From: Phototrophicaceae bacterium
GTDB lineage: Bacteria > Chloroflexota > Anaerolineae > Aggregatilineales > Phototrophicaceae
Direction of reading: 5' to 3'
Assembly (NCBI GenBank): GCA_965208285.1
Contig: OZ242333.1
Location: forward strand, 1,637,078-1,701,077
Length of the DNA stretch: 64,000 nt
Shown: positions 37,374-45,020 of the stretch, one piece after another
Layout: each line of letters starts with the position of its first letter
Position numbering within the stretch: position 1 is the first letter of the stretch
The notes under the pieces: generated by a model
The model's input: the letters and a program-made list of their open reading frames with translations, nothing else
The model's database searches: none
What the model was told of the DNA's origin: nothing
Program-made: the position numbers and the translations under genes

Positions 37374-39857
37374 ATGAGCGACTCCGTCGCAGATCACGAA
37401 GAAGCGGTAGAAATCAGCGAAAACGCGGTTGTCAACGGCGCGGAACCGACTGCCAATGGCGAAAGGGACGAGGCTGCGCCCCGGCCCCTGGAGCTGCCGG
37501 TGCTGCCGCTGCGCGGAATGGTCGTCTACCCGCAAACAGCGGTGCCGCTGACCGTCGGCCAGCCCCGCAGCATGAAGCTGGTGGATGACGCGGTCAACGG
37601 CGATCGGGTCATTTGCCTCGTGGCCTCCCTGGACCCCGACAACGAGACGCCAGGCCCGGACGAGGTCTGCCGCATCGGGACGCGGGCGTCGATCCACCGT
37701 CTGTCGCGCTCGCCGGATGGCACCCTGCGCCTGCTGGTGCAGGGCCTGACGCGCCTGCGCATCGACGAGTTCGTGGAGCATGAGCCCTGGCTGAAGGCCA
37801 GCGTCAGCGAGATTCCGGAGGACACCGAGGCCGAAGAACTGGAAATCGAGGCGCTGACGCGCAACGTGGTCGATCAGTTCACGCGCATGGCCGAAATGGT
37901 GCCCAGCATCCCCGGCGAACTCATTTCTTCCGCGTTGAACATGGAAGACCCGCTGCAACTGGTCTACGCCATCGCCACCTACGTGCGCATTGAACTGGGC
38001 GAGGCGCAGAATCTGCTGGAGATCGACTCGCTGGAGAGCAAGCTGCGCCATTTGATGGCCCTGCTGGGCAAGGAACTGGAGGTGCTCGAGCTGGGCCGCA
38101 AGATCCAGACTGAAGCGCAGTCCGGCATGGAAAAGGTGCAGCGCGAGTACTTCCTGCGTGAACAGTTGAAGGCCATCCAGCGGGAGCTGGGCGAAAGCGA
38201 CGAGCAAACGGCGGAAATCGAGGAGTTCCGCAAACGCATCATGGAAGCCGGCGTGACGGAGGAGGCGCAAAAGGAAGGACTGCGCGAACTGGAGCGCCTG
38301 TCGCGCCTGCCGACCGCCGCCGCCGAATACGGCGTCATCCGCACCTGGCTCGACTGGCTGACCAGTCTGCCCTGGTCGAAGCGCAGCGAGGACAAACTGG
38401 ACATCGGCCACGCCCGCGCCGTGCTGGATGAGGACCACTACGGCCTCAAGGACATCAAGGAGCGCATCCTCGAATACCTGGCCGTGCGCAAGCTGCGCGC
38501 CGAACGCGCCGAAGAACAGGACGCGCGGGATGAACCGGCCGACCGCATCCGGCGCGATCGCAAGGGCGCGATCCTGGCCTTCGTCGGGCCGCCGGGCGTC
38601 GGCAAGACCTCGCTGGGCGCTTCCATCGCGCGCGCCATGGGGCGCGAATTCGTGCGTATGAGCCTGGGAGGAGTGCGCGACGAAGCCGAGATTCGGGGCT
38701 TCCGCCGCACCTATGTCGGCGCGATGCCCGGCCGCCTGATCCAGACCCTGCGTCGCGTCGAGTCCATCAACCCGGTCATCATGATGGACGAGGTCGACAA
38801 ACTGGGGCGCGATTTCCGTGGCGATCCGGCCAGCGCCTTGCTGGAAGTGCTCGACCCCGAACAGAATTTCGAGTTTCGCGACCACTATCTGGACGTGGCG
38901 CTGGACCTCAGCGAGGTGCTGTTTATCACCACCGCCAACGAGCTGGAACCGATTCCCGGGCCCTTGCGGGACCGCATGGAGATCATTCAGCTCAGCGGTT
39001 ACACCGAACTGGAGAAACAGGAGATCGCGAAGCGCTATCTCGTGCCGCGGCAGACCCGCGAGAACGGCCTGCGCCCATCCGAGATCGCCTTCGACGACGA
39101 GGCCCTGCAGTTGCTCATTCGAGACTACACCCGCGAGGCCGGCGTGCGCAGCTTGGAGCGGGAAATCGGGCGCGCGGCGCGCAAGGTGGTCACCCGCATC
39201 GCCGAGGGCGAAGGGGACAGCGTGGAGATCGACACGGCATTGCTGCGCGACCTGTTGGGCAAGCCGCGGCACGGCTGGCGCGAGGAGATCGCCGGACGAA
39301 CCGACCGACCGGGCGTGGCGACCGGGCTGGCCTGGACGCCCGTGGGTGGTGAGGTGCTCTTCGTCGAGGCGGCGAGCATGGCCGGCAGCAAGGGCTTTCA
39401 GTACACCGGCCAGCTGGGCGAGGTCATGCAGGAGAGCGCGCTGACGGCGCTCAGTTACGTGCGCTCGCAGGCGGAAGCGCTGGAAATCGATCCGGCGCTC
39501 TTTGACAACAACGACATTCACCTGCACGTGCCGGCGGGCGCGGTGCGCAAGGACGGCCCCTCCGCCGGCGTGACAATGGCCGTGGCCCTGGCTTCCCTGC
39601 TGACCGGCCGCCCTGTGCGCAGCGACGTGGCCATGACGGGCGAAATCACACTGCGCGGCCAGGTGCTGCCGGTGGGCGGCATCAAGGACAAGGTGCTGGC
39701 CGCGCATCGTCTGGGTGTGGGCACGGTGGTCATCCCGCACAAGAACGAAAACGACCTGGACGATCTGCCGGGCGAGGTGCGCGATTCGCTGGACTTTGTG
39801 CTGGCGGAGCGCGTCGACGACGTGCTGGGGGCCTCGCTGGGGGAACCTGGCGGGTAA
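37374..39857 (+). CDS. lon: ATP-dependent Lon protease
   Basis: [17 protein letters not shown]-domain, [15 protein letters not shown] Walker A, and protease site [14 protein letters not shown] with [12 protein letters not shown]. Confidence 0.95.
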   Translation: MSDSVADHEEAVEISENAVVNGAEPTANGERDEAAPRPLELPVLPLRGMVVYPQTAVPLTVGQPRSMKLVDDAVNGDRVICLVASLDPDNETPGPDEVCRIGTRASIHRLSRSPDGTLRLLVQGLTRLRIDEFVEHEPWLKASVSEIPEDTEAEELEIEALTRNVVDQFTRMAEMVPSIPGELISSALNMEDPLQLVYAIATYVRIELGEAQNLLEIDSLESKLRHLMALLGKELEVLELGRKIQTEAQSGMEKVQREYFLREQLKAIQRELGESDEQTAEIEEFRKRIMEAGVTEEAQKEGLRELERLSRLPTAAAEYGVIRTWLDWLTSLPWSKRSEDKLDIGHARAVLDEDHYGLKDIKERILEYLAVRKLRAERAEEQDARDEPADRIRRDRKGAILAFVGPPGVGKTSLGASIARAMGREFVRMSLGGVRDEAEIRGFRRTYVGAMPGRLIQTLRRVESINPVIMMDEVDKLGRDFRGDPASALLEVLDPEQNFEFRDHYLDVALDLSEVLFITTANELEPIPGPLRDRMEIIQLSGYTELEKQEIAKRYLVPRQTRENGLRPSEIAFDDEALQLLIRDYTREAGVRSLEREIGRAARKVVTRIAEGEGDSVEIDTALLRDLLGKPRHGWREEIAGRTDRPGVATGLAWTPVGGEVLFVEAASMAGSKGFQYTGQLGEVMQESALTALSYVRSQAEALEIDPALFDNNDIHLHVPAGAVRKDGPSAGVTMAVALASLLTGRPVRSDVAMTGEITLRGQVLPVGGIKDKVLAAHRLGVGTVVIPHKNENDLDDLPGEVRDSLDFVLAERVDDVLGASLGEPGG

Positions 39858-39868
39858 CCCGTCGCAGA

Positions 39869-40267
39869 CTAGCGTAGCAGGTGCCAGCGGCCGTCGCTGC
39901 ACAATTCAATCTGGCCGCGCCGCTTCAGGCCTTGTTGCGCGTTGCGGACATAGTGCTTCCAGCGTTTGCCAAAGTGGACGCCGTCAATCACACGGTCGAT
40001 TGCATCATCGCAGATATCCGGATGGATGGCCTGAATGCAGGGGTGTAGATCTTCAGTCAAAAGCGGCCCATTGCGTTCGAGCAGGAACAGGATTGTGTTC
40101 ATCAGAATGCCGTTGGTTGTCTTGCCGCGTGCGCGGGCCTTCAACAGGGTGACTTGCGATTGTGCCAGCCCTTTGGTTAGTTTGGCCCTTGCTTCCCTGC
40201 TGGCTGAGTCTTCCATCGTTCGATAGTCCTGCTGAAGTTGCCGAATATCGCTCGCGGAACGCTGCAC
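39869..40267 (-). CDS. Winged-helix (Mrr_N-like) DNA-binding ORF. It is either a separate small gene or the frameshifted C-terminal half of the upstream PLD nuclease.
   Basis: The C-terminal 77 aa (MNTILFLLERNGPLLTEDL ... GKRWKHYVRNAQQGLKRRGQIELCSDGRWHLL) fit the Mrr_N-type wHTH pattern. Possible starts are GTG 40267, ATG 40216 or ATG 40102. It overlaps the PLD ORF by 91 nt in another frame. Confidence 0.5.
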   Translation of the reverse strand: MQRSASDIRQLQQDYRTMEDSASREARAKLTKGLAQSQVTLLKARARGKTTNGILMNTILFLLERNGPLLTEDLHPCIQAIHPDICDDAIDRVIDGVHFGKRWKHYVRNAQQGLKRRGQIELCSDGRWHLLR

Positions 40268-40701
40268 CCCAGCAAGGCAAAATCCTCAAAATCCTTGCGA
40301 ATCCGTTTCACGGTTTCTTCATCGCGCAACAGGACACCATACTCCAGGTTTTCCCTTAGGCCGCGTGTTGTCAGATTTGCTGACGAAATGATGGCTGCGT
40401 GATTGTCAGCGATGTAGACCTTGGCATGCAGCGAGGGCAGATGTGAGACCGTTGTCGGCCCGACATGTTCAGAGAACTCAACTAGGGCATCAACATTTAG
40501 CGAACCTGTGCCGTCACTGCCATTGAAGAGATTCGTGAGAATGTGTGTATGCAAAAGACGCGACTGTGCGTTCAGTACGCGGGCAACCTGTTCCAGCGGC
40601 CAGCGGGTGATGAAGGGTGAGGCAATGAAGAGCGATGAATTTACGCCACGCACGAGCTCCATGAGATGCATGGACCAGTTTCTGGAATGGATTTCAGGCA
40701 T
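40177..40701 (-). CDS. PLD-superfamily (single HKD motif) nuclease-like protein
   Basis: H-A-K-V-Y-I-A-D-N-H-A-A-I-I-S-S-A-N (40375-40428) fits HxK-x4-D-x6-(G/S)SxN. An upstream SSLFIASPFIT strand is typical of the fold. The region has low G+C. Confidence 0.75.
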   Translation of the reverse strand: MPEIHSRNWSMHLMELVRGVNSSLFIASPFITRWPLEQVARVLNAQSRLLHTHILTNLFNGSDGTGSLNVDALVEFSEHVGPTTVSHLPSLHAKVYIADNHAAIISSANLTTRGLRENLEYGVLLRDEETVKRIRKDFEDFALLGCSVPRAIFGNFSRTIERWKTQPAGKQGPN

Positions 40702-40712
40702 TTGGCCCCCGA

Positions 40713-40741
40713 ATTGGTAGCTCGAACGAACATTGGTAGCT
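40713..40741. repeat. 10-nt direct repeat ATTGGTAGCT x2 (19-nt register) in the divergent promoter region
   Basis: attggtagct at 40713-40722 and again at 40732-40741, separated by cgaacgaac. It lies between the PLD start (40701) and the small plus-strand ORF (40822). Confidence 0.6.
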
Positions 40742-40821
40742 TGCCCTCACGAGGTGCCCGGCCTACAGATTTAATATGCAGGCCACTGCAAGGGTGCGGG
40801 TTGTTGGGAAGGAGCGTACCA

Positions 40822-41097
40822 ATGAATAGCATGCCACCACAGGCATTTTACTCCAGCAAAATCTGCTGGCGAGGGGTCTGGACGCTGGGGCTTCTCAGAC
40901 TGAACGAGGAAATCAGCGACAGAATGGTGCAACTGCTGGAGCAAGAATTGGCCGACCTGTACAGGGTAACCGAAGCGAAGTTGCGCCGCGAAAGCAGGGA
41001 CGTGGATGTTGACCTGAGGGATCTGAAAACATCGTATCAGGATGTTTGTGGAGTCTTGGGGAGTGACTTTCTGGATCCAGCGGATGTCGGTGTGTAA
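40822..41097 (+). CDS. Small hypothetical protein (91 aa)
   Basis: The ATG at 40822 lies 8 nt after GGAAGGAG. The protein is predicted helical and acidic. No family was recognised. The longer track ORF (from 40666) would overlap the PLD start. Confidence 0.4.
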   Translation: MNSMPPQAFYSSKICWRGVWTLGLLRLNEEISDRMVQLLEQELADLYRVTEAKLRRESRDVDVDLRDLKTSYQDVCGVLGSDFLDPADVGV

Positions 41098-41182
41098 CGG
41101 TCTTCACAGCCAACAAGGTCGGCCTGACATTCCAAAAAACTGGCTTGAGCGGAAAAGAAACGGCCCAATGCGCAGAAGACCG

Positions 41183-41211
41183 CTGACGATCCACAGGGAT
41201 TACGCTATACT
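41183..41211 (+). promoter_or_regulatory. Putative promoter of the PHP-AlbA_2 gene
   Basis: CTGACG (41183-41188), 17 nt, TATACT (41206-41211), about 75 nt upstream of the ATG at 41287. Confidence 0.3.
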
Positions 41212-41286
41212 GCAAACGGGCGGCGGGAGATTTTGCCCAGGCAGCGGAGAGAGACGAAAAACTTGCCATCCAGACGCAAGGTGCGC

Positions 41287-43041
41287 ATGAAGTGGTACCG
41301 CGCCGACCTGCATCTGCACACACCCGCTTCTGATGACTATCAGCAGCGTTCTGTTTCCACCCTCGATATCCTGCGCCAGGCCGAAAGTCGCGGCCTGGAC
41401 ATCGTGGCCTTCACCGACCACAACACGGTCGGGGGCTACGCCGCCATGCAGCAGGAGATCGAGCAACTCATCTGGCTGGAACAACTGGGCCGCATCCAGG
41501 CCGCCGAGCAGGACAAGCTGACGGACTACCGTCGCCTGCTGGAAAAAGTCCTCGTGCTGCCCGGTTTTGAATTCACCGCCACGCTGGGCTTCCACATCCT
41601 TGGCATTTTCGCGCCGGAAACCCCCTTGCGCCAACTGGAGCATGTGTTGCTCAGTCTGAACGTGCCGCCCGAGGCGCTGGAAGCCGGCTCCTCGCGGGTC
41701 GGCGCTTCCGCCGACGTGCTCACGGCCTATCGCCTGATCAACGAGGCCGGCGGCATCTGCATCGCAGCCCACGTCAACAGCACGCACGGCGTGGCCATGC
41801 GCGGCGTGGATTTCGGCGGTCAGACGCGCATCGCCTATACGCAGGACCCCAACCTGCACGCGCTGGAGGTCACCGACCTGGCCAGCAGGACGCGCAACAG
41901 CACGCAGCGCTTCTTTTCGGGCACCAAGCCGGAGTATCCGCGACGCATGCGCTGTGTGCAGGGCTCGGACGCGCATCGACTGCGCGCCGGCAGTGGCAGG
42001 GACAGGGCCCGAAACCTCGGCATCGGCGACCGCGTGACCGAGGTGCAATTGCCGGAACGCTCCTTCCCGGCGTTGCTGGAATTGTTCCGCAGCAACGATT
42101 TCTCGCGCTCCAGACCCTGGACCGTCAGCAGCAACAACTACGACTACGTGGCCCTGGCGCGGGAGGATGGCAGCAGCGTCATTCAGTCATTCCACGAATC
42201 GATGACGCGGCGCGGCGGACGTCTTTACAACATCATCAGTGACGTCTGCGCCTTCGCCAACGGCAATGGCGGCACCATCTGGGTGGGGGCCAGCGACGAC
42301 CGCAAACAGCCACCCGCCGGCGTGAGCCGCGTGAAGGACAGCATCAAGACCCTCGGCGAGGCGATCAACAGCATGCTGACGCCAACGCTGGAAGTCACCA
42401 TTGACGCCCTGGAGAGCCAGGGCAAGCAGGTCGTGCGCCTGCGCGTGCCACGCGGTGAGGACAAGCCCTACGCCATTGAGGACTACAAGATTTACGTGCG
42501 CTCCGAGAGCGAGACCAACCTCGCCGTGCGTGACGAGATCGTCAATCTGGTGCGACAACAGTCCGACGCGGATTCGTCTGGCGCCGCGGCCGGCACGCCG
42601 GCCCAGGGGGGTGACGACGCACAGGGCAACGAGCGCGCCAAAGATTCAGCGGCGGGTAACGCGAAGGAATCGGGCGCAGACGACAAGGGCGTCAAACCGC
42701 CGCGTGGCGGCGTCGAGATCGTCGGCACCGAGCAGCGCAACGACGTGCGTTATCATGTGCTGCGCGACCTGCGTAACGGCAACATCGTCAAAAACGTGAC
42801 GCGTTCCTCCGCGCGCCGGCTCTGGCACTACGCCATCACACGGCGCGAAAACAACCCGGTGCGCGCCGGCAACGTGCAGTGGCAGGGCGACATCGGCCTG
42901 GTGCGGCGTTACCAGCGCGATGGCAAACCCCGTTTTGACCTGGCGCAGCGCAACAACGGCGACATTCGCGTCTATTACGGCGTTGCCGAAAGCGGCATGC
43001 ACGGGGAATGGCAGGTCTTCCTCAGCGAAGAGGAAAACTGA
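41287..43041 (+). CDS. PHP-domain phosphoesterase fused to an AlbA_2 (Schlafen-type) DNA-binding domain and an unrecognised C-terminal domain
   Basis: PHP ligand motifs are present in order: [35 protein letters not shown]. AlbA_2 core: [18 protein letters not shown] ... [16 protein letters not shown] ... [18 protein letters not shown] low-complexity acidic/Gly linker follows, then about 110 aa of unknown sequence. ATG at 41287 ([11 protein letters not shown]). Confidence 0.75.
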   Translation: MKWYRADLHLHTPASDDYQQRSVSTLDILRQAESRGLDIVAFTDHNTVGGYAAMQQEIEQLIWLEQLGRIQAAEQDKLTDYRRLLEKVLVLPGFEFTATLGFHILGIFAPETPLRQLEHVLLSLNVPPEALEAGSSRVGASADVLTAYRLINEAGGICIAAHVNSTHGVAMRGVDFGGQTRIAYTQDPNLHALEVTDLASRTRNSTQRFFSGTKPEYPRRMRCVQGSDAHRLRAGSGRDRARNLGIGDRVTEVQLPERSFPALLELFRSNDFSRSRPWTVSSNNYDYVALAREDGSSVIQSFHESMTRRGGRLYNIISDVCAFANGNGGTIWVGASDDRKQPPAGVSRVKDSIKTLGEAINSMLTPTLEVTIDALESQGKQVVRLRVPRGEDKPYAIEDYKIYVRSESETNLAVRDEIVNLVRQQSDADSSGAAAGTPAQGGDDAQGNERAKDSAAGNAKESGADDKGVKPPRGGVEIVGTEQRNDVRYHVLRDLRNGNIVKNVTRSSARRLWHYAITRRENNPVRAGNVQWQGDIGLVRRYQRDGKPRFDLAQRNNGDIRVYYGVAESGMHGEWQVFLSEEEN

Positions 43042-43581
43042 TCAAGCTGGAACTGGCCCGTCAGTTGCTTCGCGATAGCGGCTGCGAAAGGCCGAATCGT
43101 TCATGTGCCAGGGCTCACCGGCCGAGCCGATTAATAACCACTGACCTGCCGCCACCTGGACCGGCGCCGCGCTTTCCAGCGACTGAATGAGTTGCCGGGT
43201 CGCCAGCTTCCGGGCCCAGACGCCGCTGTGCTTGTACCAGGCGGAGCAACCGGCCTGAAAAAACAGGGGGAGATCTGTCAGGTCCGGCAACTGCTCGTCC
43301 CAGGGACGATAATTCTTCTCGAAGAGGTCCCGACGCACGGGCCAGTGTTCGTGTTCTTCCCGGTGAGCGCGGGTTTGTTCGTCCGGCCGGTAGCACAGCA
43401 TGTCGCCGGGCCAGGCCTGAAGCGCACCGTCGGCCGTCCTGACCGTTCGCGCGCAGCCCAGTTCGCGCGCCATGACCAGGCGCTTGCGTGGATGAAAAAG
43501 GCGGAAACCCGTGGCGCGCAGCGCTTCTTCAGTCCAGTCGCGCTGTCTCAGAACCGCATCCGCATCCCTTGCGCTTCCCAT
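43042..43581 (-). CDS. Hypothetical protein (about 180 aa)
   Basis: Host-like G+C ORF directly downstream of the J-domain gene. No motif was recognised. The start is ATG 43581 or TTG 43611. Its stop abuts the stop of the convergent PHP gene (TGATCA). Confidence 0.45.
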   Translation of the reverse strand: MGSARDADAVLRQRDWTEEALRATGFRLFHPRKRLVMARELGCARTVRTADGALQAWPGDMLCYRPDEQTRAHREEHEHWPVRRDLFEKNYRPWDEQLPDLTDLPLFFQAGCSAWYKHSGVWARKLATRQLIQSLESAAPVQVAAGQWLLIGSAGEPWHMNDSAFRSRYREATDGPVPA

Positions 43582-43640
43582 GGTGGTCTGGTCCCGCGCT
43601 GATTTCGGCAAGTATAGCGCGACGCCGGCAATGGGCGTCC

Positions 43641-44540
43641 CTACCTGTTCCAGCCGCGGGCCGCGCGTATGCGTTCCAGGGCTTCGCTGAGGGCGAGGAA
43701 ACGTTCCTCTGCGACGTCCACAGGCAGGGCGCTGACGTCCGGGTGCAAATTGAAAGCCTCACGACGCCAGGCCTCCTGCACCTCCTCGCGGGCGGCGTCC
43801 GGTTGCAGACCCAGCGGGGCGTAGCTGCGCAGCAGATTGTGATCGCAGGGATCGGACGGGACCCCTGCGAACCCCTGACCTGTGCCCCCGTCGATGCACC
43901 GGGCATTGGCAAAGCGCTCTTGCGCTACCTGTTGCCAGAATGGCTCGACGCCGAAATGGGCCAGGTTCCAAAAGCCCCGTACGCTGCGATGCCGGATGCT
44001 GACGCGACCCACGTGCAGGCGACGCGGCAGCAGCGACGGCCCGAAGCGCGCCACGTGGCGCAGACCGCCGTTCAACGGCTCAAGGTGGAAGGGCTGAAGT
44101 CCGGGAGTCCTGTCTCGAACAAATCCAACGTAGATTTGCTCCTGCCCAAGGCTGTGCAGGGCCAGCATCCAGTCCGGCGGCTTGAAGGTCTGGCCTGGCT
44201 GTGGCGCCAGGGTGACGGCCATGGTAAAGAGCGATGCGCAGCTGGCTTCTTCGTCATCCTGCAAGAGGCGGCGTAACTGGCGCGCTTTTGGCGCCGCCGT
44301 CAGGCTGTGGACATGAACGAAAACGCCAGTCCACAACCCGATCCGCAAGGCCGGGGCGTTGGGCCGGCTGTGACTCAATGCTGCAGGCGCCGGCACACAG
44401 AAACGCACGTCCACCAAAGGGCGCAGTTGTTGGCACAGCCAGTCACGCAGGGTCGGGTTCACGCGCTGGCCCTGTTCGGGTTCACCACGGGCCCGATCGG
44501 CAATCGACTTTCCACACGGCCTCTCCTGCAGCGGGCACAT
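43641..44540 (-). CDS. Protein with a C-terminal J domain (DnaJ-like, HPD motif) and an unrecognised N-terminal region
   Basis: SYAPLGLQPDAAREEVQEAWRREAFNLHPDVS ... AEERFLALSEALERI. HPD is encoded at 43737-43745. The start is uncertain (ATG 44540, or an internal ATG at 44222). Confidence 0.6.
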   Translation of the reverse strand: MCPLQERPCGKSIADRARGEPEQGQRVNPTLRDWLCQQLRPLVDVRFCVPAPAALSHSRPNAPALRIGLWTGVFVHVHSLTAAPKARQLRRLLQDDEEASCASLFTMAVTLAPQPGQTFKPPDWMLALHSLGQEQIYVGFVRDRTPGLQPFHLEPLNGGLRHVARFGPSLLPRRLHVGRVSIRHRSVRGFWNLAHFGVEPFWQQVAQERFANARCIDGGTGQGFAGVPSDPCDHNLLRSYAPLGLQPDAAREEVQEAWRREAFNLHPDVSALPVDVAEERFLALSEALERIRAARGWNR

Positions 44541-44564
44541 TGCCGTACAGTAACACAGCGGGAA

Positions 44565-45020
44565 TCACTTTCCTCGCCTGCCGAAACCATGCGCCGGTCT
44601 CCCGTTTTTCTGAAAGCAGAGGCCCGACAGGCCCAGGACCGTTCCTGCGAGCGCGCCACCCAGGGCCATCTGTGGTGCCAGTTGCAGGGTGGAAAACAAG
44701 ACCGCGAAGGGAAAATCCGGGATACTGTGGGCGTGTTGCACGTTTTTTAGCTGCATCAGGCCGACGGCAATTGGCGCGGCGCCGGCGCCGGCCAGGGTTC
44801 CGCCGGCCGCAGTCAGCAGCAGGCGACGACCTGCGCCGATGTCTCGTCTGTACAGGCGGCCAACGAGGACCTGCAGCGTGAGCATACTCGCGAAAGCTGT
44901 GCCCAAACTCAGTGGCGGCCACAGGGACGGGTCTTCAAGCGGGAGCCACACGAGAGCGGCGGCGCCGGTCAGCAAGAGCGCGAGACGAGGGCCACCGGGT
45001 CGGGCCGGGGAGCGGTTCAT
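44565..45020 (-). CDS. Hypothetical integral membrane protein (about 4 TM segments)
   Basis: Hydrophobic segments LALLLTGAAALVWL, LLLTAAGGTLAGAGAAPIAVGL and ALGGALAGTVLGLSGL. ATGA overlap with the GH13 stop. Confidence 0.5.
   Translation of the reverse strand: MNRSPARPGGPRLALLLTGAAALVWLPLEDPSLWPPLSLGTAFASMLTLQVLVGRLYRRDIGAGRRLLLTAAGGTLAGAGAAPIAVGLMQLKNVQHAHSIPDFPFAVLFSTLQLAPQMALGGALAGTVLGLSGLCFQKNGRPAHGFGRRGK

Noticed and set aside
37338-39902. 854-aa ORF antisense to lon
   Set aside because: Lon on the plus strand has Walker A and the Ser-Lys protease site. The antisense frame is a high-G+C artefact.
40666-40821. Longer 143-aa version of the small plus-strand ORF
   Set aside because: It would overlap the PLD start codon and the direct-repeat control region and has no RBS. 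The internal ATG at 40822 has GGAAGGAG upstream.
43488-44276. 262-aa plus-strand ORF overlapping the J-domain gene
   Set aside because: It has no recognisable motif, whereas the minus strand encodes a textbook J-domain pattern with HPD. I keep this as the stated alternative only.
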